Part shown: piece after piece, positions 1 to 9,255 of the stretch
How positions within the stretch are numbered: position 1 is the first letter of the stretch
Layout of the letters: every line of letters begins with the position of its first letter
Origin: Fidelibacterota bacterium
GTDB lineage: Bacteria; Fidelibacterota; Marinisomatia; Marinisomatales; TCS56
Length of the DNA stretch: 41,874 bases
Assembly: GCA_043822705.1 (NCBI GenBank)
Contig: JBDRBK010000099.1
Location: 1 to 41,874 of the forward strand
Reading direction: 5' to 3'
Translations under genes and position numbers: made by a program
The notes under the pieces: model-generated
Seen by the model: only the letters and a program-made list of their open reading frames with translations
Database searches by the model: none
Told to the model about the DNA's origin: nothing

Positions 1-770
1 TCGCAGTGGCCGCCGGTATAGGGCGATTTGGCGTCGATGGCGGAGGCGATCAGCTTGATGAATGACTCAAACAGAATTTCCAGGTCTTTGATCAGTTTCT
101 TGTTGGTGATGGCCACCGCCGCCTGACTCGCCAGTGCCTCCACCAGATTTTGGATTTTCGGTGAGAAGGCGATTGTGTCGCCTGAAAGCGGATCCTGAGC
201 GTTTAATAGTTGCAGAACACCGATGATTTCTTCTTCATGGTTTTTCAGCGGCACCGTCAAAAAAGACTGGGAACGATAGCCGGTCTTCTGATCGAAGGCC
301 TTGGTACCGGAAAAATCGAAACCTTCGGCTTCGTAGGCGTCGGGTATATTGACCGTTTCGCCGGTCAGACCGACATAGGCGGCATTCATGAACTTGTTCG
401 GCTGACCATCATCCAGATAAAGTTTGACCGGATAAAATGGTATGTCTTTCCCGGATGTGCCACCCATATGAAAATTCAGTGAATCGGTCATCATGATTTC
501 AAATTTCAGCGCTTTTTCGGCTGTCATCATATACAAAGTACCGCCGTCGGCATTGGCGATCCGTTTGGCTTCCAGAAGAATCATCTCCAGCAATTTATTC
601 ATGTCTTTTTCGCGTGACAGCGCCAACCCGATATCGGTCAGATTCTGGACCTGGTCCTCCAGATCGCAGATATAGGATTTAATATCCGCCGGAATCCCGG
701 CGAGCAGGTTTCTCAGTTCTTCGGGAGTAAAATGCAGCGAGGCGGGGGATTTACGGTTATTCGTGGTCAT
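1..770 (-). CDS. GAF domain + HD-GYP family phosphohydrolase (putative c-di-GMP phosphodiesterase), runs off the window start
   Basis: Not in the ORF track. Manual translation from ATG at 770 gives MTTNNRKSP...IGLALSREKDMNKLLEMILLEAKRIANADGGTLY...VNIPDAY...FDQKTGYRSQSFLTVPLKNHEEEIIGVLQLLN (GAF), then IASAIDAKSPYTGGHC, the typical HD-GYP entry. The HD motif itself lies beyond the window. Confidence 0.85.
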   Translation of the reverse strand, partial: MTTNNRKSPASLHFTPEELRNLLAGIPADIKSYICDLEDQVQNLTDIGLALSREKDMNKLLEMILLEAKRIANADGGTLYMMTAEKALKFEIMMTDSLNFHMGGTSGKDIPFYPVKLYLDDGQPNKFMNAAYVGLTGETVNIPDAYEAEGFDFSGTKAFDQKTGYRSQSFLTVPLKNHEEEIIGVLQLLNAQDPLSGDTIAFSPKIQNLVEALASQAAVAITNKKLIKDLEILFESFIKLIASAIDAKSPYTGGHC

Positions 771-803
771 GATTTTTTTATTTCTAGGGGATAAGTTTTA
801 GCA

Positions 804-832
804 AACTTACTACAGGGCTGATCGATTCTCAA
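804..832 (-). promoter_or_regulatory. Putative housekeeping promoter for the GAF/HD-GYP gene
   Basis: Minus strand TTGAGA-N17-TAAGTT(TG), ending 34 bp before the ATG at 770. Confidence 0.5.
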
Positions 833-883
833 CGGTAAGTTACCGGAATGCGATGCAGTTCACACCGGAATACAACGATTCAA

Positions 884-2395
884 TTACTGGCATAATTGAT
901 CGTAGGTATCCTTGACCTCATCCATGGCCAGTTGGAGCGCCAGAATGATATAGTCATGGATCAGAATGTCTATGTTTCGCAACCGTGGATTGGCTTTCAA
1001 AGCTTCTTCGATCGTATCTCCGGTGGCCTTTAACGCCGCGCATAATTCCGACCGCCGGACGCCTTCGCTGTAACGCGCATGGGCCAGGGATTGTGCGAAA
1101 CTGATCATCAACGAGCGGTCGCCATTGCGCACTGATGAAATCAGATGATTATAGACGACTTCGATATAATAGCGCACTCGTTCCTCCTCCAGGTTCTGGT
1201 AGTAGCGGAAAATACCGGCACGCCGGGGATCAAGAATAAATTGCAAAACCAGTTCCATTATATCGACACGCATGCTGATCATTTCCTCGGCCAGGACCAA
1301 GTTGGATCGGCGTCCCGAAGGTGAAACCATCCGGGCGGTATTTTTCTGCTGCCATTCCTGTGGCGAACTTTTCAAATTCTCGATCATGAACAGCAGCCGG
1401 CGCTGGATCGAGTGGCGGTTCAACGGCTGCCAATCCAACTTTTCGCGCGTATAGGATGAATCGGAAGCGAAAACCTTGTCAATATAGGCCACCATCCACA
1501 ACCGTTCGAACGGGCGCCGGCCGATCAAACGTCCGCAGAGATCGCGAACTGCGATCCCGATCCAGGCCAGGTATTTGGGCAGGAAAATTGAGCGTTTATT
1601 CTTGCCATAAAAATACCTGGTCGTGAGATTGAAAAATTCCAGGTGCGAGACCGGTTGGTCGCTGCTGGCGATAAACATTTCGTTGTCGCCCAGTTTGGCG
1701 GTTTTCACCAGGATCTGATGAATCAGCTTGAGCAGACAATTGATATGGATATAGGGCAGGGCCGATTCGCCGCGCCCGGCGATAATCCGTGAATTCCAGC
1801 GACGGGACAGCCAGGTCCGGAAAAAGAAATACAACGGCAGATATTCGCACCAGTCACTGAATACGGCGGCGAACCGGATCGTGGCGCAGGGGAAGTACTG
1901 GGAATATTCCGCTACCAGCGCTTCACCGGCCCGTTTCGATACGGCATAGGGGTATCCAGCGTCGGGGGACGACTGTTCCGTGATGAACTCTCCGGGTGCG
2001 GGATACTTGCTGGCGACCAGTGAACTGGCGAACAGGAAACGTTTGATTTTCATCTGCCGGGCATGTTCCAGCAACAGACGCGTTCCGAATACGTTCGTGG
2101 ATTCATAGGACGGATGCGGCTGGTTTCCGAATTCATAATAAGCGGCCAGGTGAATAATGAAATCGATGGTGCCGGCGGCGCTGATCTCCGCCATGGTCTG
2201 AGCCAGCAGCTGCTCCTGTGAAATATCCACCAGCACCCAGTGGATGTTTTCATGTTGGGCCACCCGCGCATCGCGTTGAGTGCGCCGGGCAAAAGCATAT
2301 ATGCGAAACTCCTTTTTCATCTGGTCGACCAGGTAGCGGCCGATGAATCCGGAGGCGCCGGTAATGATTACCGCCCGTAATTTTTTCCCGGTCAT
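884..2395 (-). CDS. NAD-dependent epimerase/dehydratase (extended SDR) with a C-terminal helical, globin/RsbRD-N-like extension
   Basis: TGASGFIG, HLAA and YAVSK (YxxxK) motifs, plus about 140 extra all-helical C-terminal residues. Confidence 0.85.
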   Translation of the reverse strand: MTGKKLRAVIITGASGFIGRYLVDQMKKEFRIYAFARRTQRDARVAQHENIHWVLVDISQEQLLAQTMAEISAAGTIDFIIHLAAYYEFGNQPHPSYESTNVFGTRLLLEHARQMKIKRFLFASSLVASKYPAPGEFITEQSSPDAGYPYAVSKRAGEALVAEYSQYFPCATIRFAAVFSDWCEYLPLYFFFRTWLSRRWNSRIIAGRGESALPYIHINCLLKLIHQILVKTAKLGDNEMFIASSDQPVSHLEFFNLTTRYFYGKNKRSIFLPKYLAWIGIAVRDLCGRLIGRRPFERLWMVAYIDKVFASDSSYTREKLDWQPLNRHSIQRRLLFMIENLKSSPQEWQQKNTARMVSPSGRRSNLVLAEEMISMRVDIMELVLQFILDPRRAGIFRYYQNLEEERVRYYIEVVYNHLISSVRNGDRSLMISFAQSLAHARYSEGVRRSELCAALKATGDTIEEALKANPRLRNIDILIHDYIILALQLAMDEVKDTYDQLCQ

Positions 2396-2508
2396 TGCCC
2401 AAGGATATAGTCCAGTGATCTAAAAGTCAAGTTATGATTTTTAACTGTCTTCTGCAAAATATATTGCTTTTTATCCGGCAATCGGTGTCAATTACGAGTT
2501 TTAATATT

Positions 2509-2526
2509 TATGAGCATATGCTTATA
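2509..2526. promoter_or_regulatory. Palindromic operator upstream of the DUF134 gene
   Basis: TATGAGCATATGCTTATA, 16/18 self-complementary, 8 bp before the start codon. Confidence 0.55.
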
Positions 2527-2534
2527 TTACAGCT

Positions 2535-2972
2535 ATGCATGACGAAGTCAAACGACCGGTTGGACGGCCGCGACGCCTGCGGCGGGTTGCCTGTCGGCCG
2601 GCAGTTACTTATTTTAAGCCGGCCGGAATACCGCGCCGGGATTTACCGGTGATCGAGCTGACCCGCGATGAATTGGAAGCGGTCCGCTTGAGCGATCGGG
2701 ATGGATTATACCAAGAACAGGTCGCAATTGCCATGGGCGTATCGCGTCCGACCGTGGGTCGGATACTGAATACGGCCCGGCAAAAAATCGCCAGCGCCTT
2801 GATCGACGGCTGCGCGTTGTCAGTGGCGGGTGGTGCATTCATCGATATCGACGAGACCGATCACTTTTGTGCGCGTTGCCGGCACCACTGGCGACAACCG
2901 GATCAGTCCGGGCCATGCCCCCACTGCGGGATCGAGCAGCTATTTCCCGCCGATAGTCAAAAAAACAATTAA
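2535..2972 (+). CDS. DUF134 family HTH protein with C-terminal CxxC...CxxC metal-binding ribbon
   Basis: GRPRRLRRV...YFKPAGIP...DELEAVRLSDRDGLYQEQVAIAMGVSRPTVGRIL; CARC and CPHC. Confidence 0.9.
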   Translation: MHDEVKRPVGRPRRLRRVACRPAVTYFKPAGIPRRDLPVIELTRDELEAVRLSDRDGLYQEQVAIAMGVSRPTVGRILNTARQKIASALIDGCALSVAGGAFIDIDETDHFCARCRHHWRQPDQSGPCPHCGIEQLFPADSQKNN

Positions 2973-2990
2973 TCTTCTGCAAGGATTTAA

Positions 2991-3371
2991 ATGATGAAAA
3001 TAGCAATCGCTTCCGACGACGGAAAAACAATCGCCGGCCACTTCGGTCGCAGTCGTGGATTTGTAATATGTACAGTAGAGGAAAATGCGTTGGCCGGCCA
3101 GGAATACCGTCTCAATGATTTTACCGGGCATGCCCATGGTGGCGAGCACCAGCAGGGTAGCGTTCACAGTCATCAGGCAATTCTGCATTCGCTGGCTGAC
3201 GTCGCCTGCGTCGTATCGCGCGGAATGGGACAACGCATCTATAACGACCTGCTGGGTGCCGGTATCAGACCGTATATTACCGATCAGACCGAGGTGGCCG
3301 CGGCCATGGCGGCCTATCTGGCAGGCACGCTGTCAGACTTTCCCGACCGTGGCTGCCAGCATCAGCACTGA
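2991..3371 (+). CDS. NifB/NifX-family (dinitrogenase FeMo-cofactor-binding domain) protein, His-rich
   Basis: MKIAIASDDGKTIAGHFGRSRGF, GMGQRIY and a C-terminal CQHQH. Confidence 0.88.
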   Translation: MMKIAIASDDGKTIAGHFGRSRGFVICTVEENALAGQEYRLNDFTGHAHGGEHQQGSVHSHQAILHSLADVACVVSRGMGQRIYNDLLGAGIRPYITDQTEVAAAMAAYLAGTLSDFPDRGCQHQH

Positions 3372-3407
3372 TCGGCAGCCACTGCACATAGTATAGTTTC
3401 ACTCCAT

Positions 3408-3436
3408 TTGCATCTGGTGTATTTGGCAGTTAATTT
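3408..3436 (+). promoter_or_regulatory. Putative housekeeping promoter of the signalling/EPS operon
   Basis: TTGCAT-N17-TAATTT, 22 bp before the Hpt ATG. Confidence 0.45.
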
Positions 3437-3458
3437 CTACCAAATATAAGAGCGCCGA

Positions 3459-3809
3459 ATGAAAAACCATTTCGACCAGTCGGCATTGGAACGATTGGAA
3501 AAAATCGGGGGGAAAAAGCTACGCGGACAAATCATCGCATTGTTCCTCGAGCGCACTCCGGCTAAAATTGCCGAGGCACAGGCCGGATTGGCGGATGGGA
3601 ATTTGACAGTCGTCGAACGAGCCGTGCATTCGCTGAAATCAAGTGCCGGCAACGTCGGCGCCGTTTCCATCCAGGAATTAGCCCAGCGCGTCGAATCACT
3701 GGCTGAAGCCGGTCAAGCCGAAATTATCACCGATCTGCTGGAAGAATTGTCCGGATTATTCACCTTGATTAAACCGCTACTCGAAAGGGCTCCTGCTGAT
3801 GACCGGTAA
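3459..3809 (+). CDS. Stand-alone Hpt phosphotransfer protein
   Basis: AVHSLKSSAGNVGA Hpt motif. Confidence 0.9.
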   Translation: MKNHFDQSALERLEKIGGKKLRGQIIALFLERTPAKIAEAQAGLADGNLTVVERAVHSLKSSAGNVGAVSIQELAQRVESLAEAGQAEIITDLLEELSGLFTLIKPLLERAPADDR

Positions 3810-4167
3810 AAAATTAATTGCCGTGGTGGAAGACAATCCTGATAATCTGCTGCTGGTGCAGGCGATACTGGAAGATTACTATGATTTATTCACCTACGAA
3901 AACGGGGACGACGCCCTGGCCGGCATCAGAAACAATCCACCGGATCTGATTTTACTGGACATTTCGCTTCCCGGGATGGATGGCGTGGAAGTGCTGCGGG
4001 AACTCCGGGCCGACCAGTCGACCCGCACAATTCCGGTCATTGCCCTGACCGCCCATGCCATGAGCGGCGATCGCGATAAGTATCTGGTCCTGGGGTTTGA
4101 CGGCTATGTCAGCAAACCGATTGTCGATGAAACGCAGTTACTGAACGCCATCGAATCAAGTATTTGA
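3799..4167 (+). CDS. Single-domain response regulator (DivK/CheY-like)
   Basis: VEDN, LLDISLPGMDG, ALTAHAM and SKP. Confidence 0.93.
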   Translation: MTGKKLIAVVEDNPDNLLLVQAILEDYYDLFTYENGDDALAGIRNNPPDLILLDISLPGMDGVEVLRELRADQSTRTIPVIALTAHAMSGDRDKYLVLGFDGYVSKPIVDETQLLNAIESSI

Positions 4168-4229
4168 CCGGTTTCCAAGAAATCCGATGAAGAGTCATAA
4201 GCAGCTTCAGAATAAACACGGAAAAATAT

Positions 4230-7200
4230 ATGTTTGATGCAATCATTGAATGTTTACTGGCTGTAGTCACCGGCAGTTTATTTCTGTTTTTGTGGTACAC
4301 TGGCCGGAAAAAAAATCTGTTTACGGTGAAGGGCTGGCTGGCGGTAGTGGCCGGTACCGGTTTTATCTTTCTGGGCAGCGTCCTGGATCTGTTGACCAAT
4401 TTTTTATATCTCAGAGAATTATTATTTACCGGTGTCGAAAAGTATTACGGGGAAAAACTGGTAGGTTATTTAGGGGGCTTTTCGTTGCTGCTGCTGGGAC
4501 TGTACTACTGGATCCAAAGTATGCAAAACGATCGGCTGCGGAGTGAACGGGAAAAACAATACCGGCAAATTATCGAACGCACCTCCAACCTGGTTTATAC
4601 AGCGGATATCAATGGAAAATTCACTTATGTGAATCCCGCGGCGGAGAAATTCACCGGATACAGCGAAGCCGAATTGACTGCGATGTATTACACCGATCTG
4701 ATACGAAAGGATTGGCAAGAGAAAACCAGAAATTTCTATATAAACCAGTTTATCAATCAAATTGCCGAGACCAGTTTCGAATTTCCAATTATAACCAGAA
4801 CCGGCCATGAGCATTGGGTCGAACAGGTCGTCATACTGCAATTTGAGCAGGAGCGGATCAGCGGTTTCCATAGTATCGTGCGTGACGTCACCCGCCAAAA
4901 AAATGCCGAAGAAGCTTTGTACCGATTGAATGATCAGTTGGAAATGCAGGAGAAACGGATTCGTGATCTTTACCGGCTCTCGGCGCAATCCGGCGTCGAT
5001 ATCGACCAGCAGTTGGATGAAACACTGAAAATCGGGGCCGGGGCGCTTGGTCTGGACATTGGCATAATCAGCAGAATCCAGGGTGATATATACACGGTAC
5101 TGTTTTTTTATGATCCTGCGGGAAACCTGTTTCACGGCCAAACCTTTGAGTTGGGAAAAACCTACTGTAGTCTGACGGTGGCAGCGGATGATATCGTTGC
5201 CATAGATCATATGGGTAAATCGAGCTACAGCGGTCATCCCTGCTACCGGGCGTTTCAGATGGAATCATATATCGGATCGCCGATTCTGGTCAACGGTCAG
5301 CGTTTTGGCGTCCTGAATTTCAGCAGTCCCAAACCACGTAAAATTCCGTTCACCCAATCGGATCGTGATTTTGTCAAACTGATGGGCAGTTGGGTCAGTG
5401 CGATGCTGGAGCGCAAACAGGCCTACGACCGTATCAGCCACAGCGAGGAGAAAATCCGTGCCATCCTGACGACAGCCGTAGACGGGATCATTACAATCAC
5501 GGCCAGCGGTCGAATTGAATCATTCAACCGAGCGGCTGAACAGATTTTCGGCTACAGTGCCGACGAAGTGCTCGGGTCGAACATCAATATCCTGATGCCG
5601 GAGCCACATAGCAGTCAGCACGATGGATATCTTAACAAATATCTTAAAAGTGGCCAGGCGAAAGTCATTGGCAAAGGTCGTGAAATGGTTGGCTGCCGGA
5701 AAGATGGCACGATCTTTTCGATGGATTTATCGGTAGGCGAGGTGCTGCTGAATGACCAACGGCTATACACAGGAATTGTACGTGATATTACCGAACGGAA
5801 AAAGGCTGAGCGCGAGCTGCAGCGCGCCAAGCAGTCAGCCGAGGTGGCCAATCAGACCAAGAGTGAATTTCTGGCCAATATGAGCCATGAACTGCGCACA
5901 CCGCTGAATTCAGTGATCGGTTTTTCAAATATATTACTGAAGAATAAAGATCAAAATTTGAGTGCCGCAGATATAAAATATCTCGAGCGGATTCTCGCCA
6001 ACGGGAAGCATCTGCTGGATCTGATAAATGATGTGCTGGACCTGTCAAAAATTGAGGCCGGCCGGGTGGAACTGGAAATTATTAATTTCTCGGTGGCCGA
6101 GTTAATCGCCGAGTTGATCGAACAATTCGAAAGCCAAGTCAAAGATAAGGGCTTCAAACTGGTCTGTAAATTGCCTGCTGATCCGGCGCCGTTGCTGACC
6201 GACCCCAGCAAACTGAAACAGGTATTATTGAATCTGTTGAGCAATGCGGCAAAATTCACCCGGGAAGGCAACGTCACCATCGAATTAATTATCGATCCGA
6301 CTACTAAAATTCCGGTGCGAATTGATGTCAGTGACACCGGCATCGGGATTCCCGAAAACCGCCTGGCGGCGATATTCAACGAGTTTGAGCAGGTTGAATC
6401 CAGTACCAGCCGTAAATACGGCGGCACCGGTCTGGGGCTTTCGATCAGTAAATCCTTGTGCGAATTGATGGGCTTTAATCTGACTGTCAGCAGCACCGCC
6501 GGCCAGGGCAGTACCTTCAGCATCCATCTGGGTGATCAATCCCAGCTGGCTGACCGGCCGCCGGTACGCACCCGGGACACCGGACGCCGCAAATCCAAGG
6601 CGGCAGCGGAATATTTATCGTTGGCAGGGCGGCGCATTCTGGTGATCGATGATGACCCCGATTCCCGGACGCTGATCGAACAAATTCTGGACGAAGCCGG
6701 GTGCGAAATAATTACTGCGGACACAGGACAGAATGGACTGGAACAGGCCCGGACCGGGCAACCGGAATTGATCGCCCTGGACTTAAAAATGCCGGGAATG
6801 GATGGTTTAAAAACACTGCAACAACTGAAGGCCGATCCACAGACGAAGACCATACCGGTAGTCATCGTCAGTATTGTTGCCAACGACAATCGCGGCCATA
6901 TCGTCGGCGCCGTCGATTATGTACAGAAACCGCTGCAACGCGACGAATTGCTTTGGGCGGTCCACCGTAACCTGATCCGGGGCGGAAACCGCGTTCTGAT
7001 TATCGATGACCAAGTGGCAGTCCGCCAGCAGATCAGGAAAGCACTGAAAAACAGTGGTATCGAGATCACCGAAGCGGCCGATGGCCGAGAGGCTCTGAAG
7101 ATACTGCAAAACCAGGATCAGGATTTGATCCTGCTGGACCTGCTGATGCCGAAAATGGATGGACGAGAATTATTGCGGACGCTGCGGTCGGACGAAAAAT

Positions 7201-7364
7201 ACGCTTCGTTACCGGTGATAATAATCACCGGGGCCGAAATTGCAACCGCCGAGAAGGAGTATTTGCAGTCCGAGGTCGAAGCGATCGTCGCCAAGGATAA
7301 TAATCTGACCCTGGAACTGCCGCGGATTGTCGCTGAAGTACTGAATTTACCGGTGGCCGGCTGA
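4230..7364 (+). CDS. Hybrid sensor histidine kinase: TM-PAS-GAF-PAS(FixL-like heme)-HisKA-HATPase-REC-REC
   Basis: N-terminal TM helices; FLANMSHELRTPLN H-box; NLLSNAAKFT, DTGIG and GGTGLGL; two receivers; second PAS reads LMPEPHSSQHDGYLNKY...VIGKGRE. Confidence 0.95.
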   Translation: MFDAIIECLLAVVTGSLFLFLWYTGRKKNLFTVKGWLAVVAGTGFIFLGSVLDLLTNFLYLRELLFTGVEKYYGEKLVGYLGGFSLLLLGLYYWIQSMQNDRLRSEREKQYRQIIERTSNLVYTADINGKFTYVNPAAEKFTGYSEAELTAMYYTDLIRKDWQEKTRNFYINQFINQIAETSFEFPIITRTGHEHWVEQVVILQFEQERISGFHSIVRDVTRQKNAEEALYRLNDQLEMQEKRIRDLYRLSAQSGVDIDQQLDETLKIGAGALGLDIGIISRIQGDIYTVLFFYDPAGNLFHGQTFELGKTYCSLTVAADDIVAIDHMGKSSYSGHPCYRAFQMESYIGSPILVNGQRFGVLNFSSPKPRKIPFTQSDRDFVKLMGSWVSAMLERKQAYDRISHSEEKIRAILTTAVDGIITITASGRIESFNRAAEQIFGYSADEVLGSNINILMPEPHSSQHDGYLNKYLKSGQAKVIGKGREMVGCRKDGTIFSMDLSVGEVLLNDQRLYTGIVRDITERKKAERELQRAKQSAEVANQTKSEFLANMSHELRTPLNSVIGFSNILLKNKDQNLSAADIKYLERILANGKHLLDLINDVLDLSKIEAGRVELEIINFSVAELIAELIEQFESQVKDKGFKLVCKLPADPAPLLTDPSKLKQVLLNLLSNAAKFTREGNVTIELIIDPTTKIPVRIDVSDTGIGIPENRLAAIFNEFEQVESSTSRKYGGTGLGLSISKSLCELMGFNLTVSSTAGQGSTFSIHLGDQSQLADRPPVRTRDTGRRKSKAAAEYLSLAGRRILVIDDDPDSRTLIEQILDEAGCEIITADTGQNGLEQARTGQPELIALDLKMPGMDGLKTLQQLKADPQTKTIPVVIVSIVANDNRGHIVGAVDYVQKPLQRDELLWAVHRNLIRGGNRVLIIDDQVAVRQQIRKALKNSGIEITEAADGREALKILQNQDQDLILLDLLMPKMDGRELLRTLRSDEKYASLPVIIITGAEIATAEKEYLQSEVEAIVAKDNNLTLELPRIVAEVLNLPVAG

Positions 7365-8893
7365 TGGATAATATGAAACAAAAATATATAGAGCGTCTGG
7401 GAACGAAAATCGCCGAACTGGAGAGTGCCCGTGGCAGGATGGATACTGCGCCCGAGGAAGCATCCGATTCAATCCGGCGACTGGCCCATTCCCTGCATGG
7501 TTCCGGGGCGACTTATGGCTTCCCCGAAGTGTCCCGTCTGGCCAAAGTGGTGGAATTAGCCGAAACCGACGATTTACCGGACACCCTGGATCATTTGCTG
7601 CACTACCTCCACCAACTGTCGACTACCGGAATCGTCGAACGTATGTCAATCCTGCTGATAGAAGACAACGAAGATGACGCCCTGATAAGTGCAGCAATTC
7701 TGGAACCGTTGGGGCATACGATCCTCATCGCCCCCTCTGTCACCCGGGCTCAGGAACTCCTGAATGAAAATGACATCTCCCTGATTCTACTCGATCTGGT
7801 TCTGCCGGATATGGATGGCCGGAATTTACTGACCGCTTTAAAGGATAATTCTTCCACTACCAATATTCCTGTGATAGTGCTCTCTTCCTGGTCCAGCAAA
7901 TGGGTGAAATCAGAGTGTTACGCATTGGGGGCCGACGGTTATTTTGAAAAACCGGTTGATGCTGAAATATTACAGGCCGCGGTAGCAGCCAAAATCCGGA
8001 AATCACGGCAGATCAAACAGGAACTCCGGCTGGACGTTTTGACCGGTCTGCCGAACCGGGCTGCATTCAATGATGATTTTCAGCAGTTGCAGGCGCTGGC
8101 GGTTCGTGAAAAATTACCCCTATCGCTGGCTATGATCGATCTGGACCATTTCAAAGCAGTCAACGACCAGTACGGACACCCGGTCGGTGACGATGTTCTG
8201 CGGTACATCAGTCAAACGATACTCAGCGTCCAGCGTAAATCGGATATCCTGGCCCGCTGGGGCGGTGAAGAATTCTGCCTGCTGTTCTATAACGCCAATC
8301 CGGCCGGCGGACGCAAAGCGCTGGAAACCGCCCTCACCAAACTTAAACAAACGCCGCTGGTCACCAGGACCGGCGCCGCAATCCCGGTGACTTTTTCGGC
8401 CGGCATCGCGGAAGTCGGAGCCCGGGAAACGGTTGAAGATGTAATCTACCGGGCCGATGCATTGTTGTACCTGGCAAAGGCGGCCGGCCGGGAACGGATC
8501 ATTATCGGTGTCGACGAGGCCGTTTCCAGTTCAAAGCGAATTCTGTTCGCCGAGGATGATGATCTGACCGCCGAATATGTGGTTCATCGGCTGGAAAAGA
8601 CCGGTTTCACGGTAAAACATTTTTCCACCGGGCATGACTCGCTGCGCGCCGGCACGACCGAGCAATTCGACCTGGCAATCCTGGATGTTAAAATGCCCGG
8701 AATGGATGGTTTCGAATTACTGCGGCGGCTGCGGGAACTGCCGCGGAACAAATCCCTGCCGATTATCATGCTGACATCCATGGGCCGGGAAAATGACATC
8801 GTGCGGGGCCTGGAACTGGGCGCCAATGATTACATGCTGAAACCATTCAGTTCCAGCGAATTGATCGCCCGGGTGCAACGGCTGTTGAAATGA
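7364..8893 (+). CDS. Diguanylate cyclase response regulator, Hpt-REC-GGDEF-REC
   Basis: LAHSLHGSGATYG (Hpt); DLDHFKAVNDQYGHPVGD; RKSD I-site followed by RWGGEEF; C-terminal receiver. Confidence 0.93.
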   Translation: MDNMKQKYIERLGTKIAELESARGRMDTAPEEASDSIRRLAHSLHGSGATYGFPEVSRLAKVVELAETDDLPDTLDHLLHYLHQLSTTGIVERMSILLIEDNEDDALISAAILEPLGHTILIAPSVTRAQELLNENDISLILLDLVLPDMDGRNLLTALKDNSSTTNIPVIVLSSWSSKWVKSECYALGADGYFEKPVDAEILQAAVAAKIRKSRQIKQELRLDVLTGLPNRAAFNDDFQQLQALAVREKLPLSLAMIDLDHFKAVNDQYGHPVGDDVLRYISQTILSVQRKSDILARWGGEEFCLLFYNANPAGGRKALETALTKLKQTPLVTRTGAAIPVTFSAGIAEVGARETVEDVIYRADALLYLAKAAGRERIIIGVDEAVSSSKRILFAEDDDLTAEYVVHRLEKTGFTVKHFSTGHDSLRAGTTEQFDLAILDVKMPGMDGFELLRRLRELPRNKSLPIIMLTSMGRENDIVRGLELGANDYMLKPFSSSELIARVQRLLK

Positions 8894-9255
8894 GCACCAA
8901 CCTGCTGATCATCGATGATGATGAGGATATCCGGCTGATCGTCGAAGCGGTTCTGGGCGATTCCGGCCAGTTTACGGTTACATCCGCCGCGACTGCGGAC
9001 GCGGGTCTGCGCCTGGCCGCGGCAATGCTGCCCGAAGTGATCCTGCTGGATGTGCTGCTACCGGACTTGGACGGACGGGAATTATTTTCCCGGCTAACCG
9101 CGTTGCCGGGACTCCGTGATACCAAAATAATATTTATGACTGCCAAATCGGATTCTTCCGTCACTGCCGGACTGACCGCCTGCGGCATCATCCGGAAACC
9201 GTTCAACCCGTTGAATCTGGCTGAACAGGTCAACCAGCTAATCCGAACGGATTAA
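8890..9255 (+). CDS. Single-domain response regulator
   Basis: IIDDD, LLDVLLPDLDG, FMTA and RKPF. Confidence 0.9.
   Translation: MSTNLLIIDDDEDIRLIVEAVLGDSGQFTVTSAATADAGLRLAAAMLPEVILLDVLLPDLDGRELFSRLTALPGLRDTKIIFMTAKSDSSVTAGLTACGIIRKPFNPLNLAEQVNQLIRTD

Noticed and set aside
210..675. Plus-strand ORFs 210-482 and 493-675
   Set aside because: Antisense shadows of the GAF/HD-GYP gene on the minus strand
2991..3371. Nitrogen fixation implied by the NifX-like gene
   Set aside because: No nifHDK or nifENB in the window; this domain is widespread in non-diazotrophs
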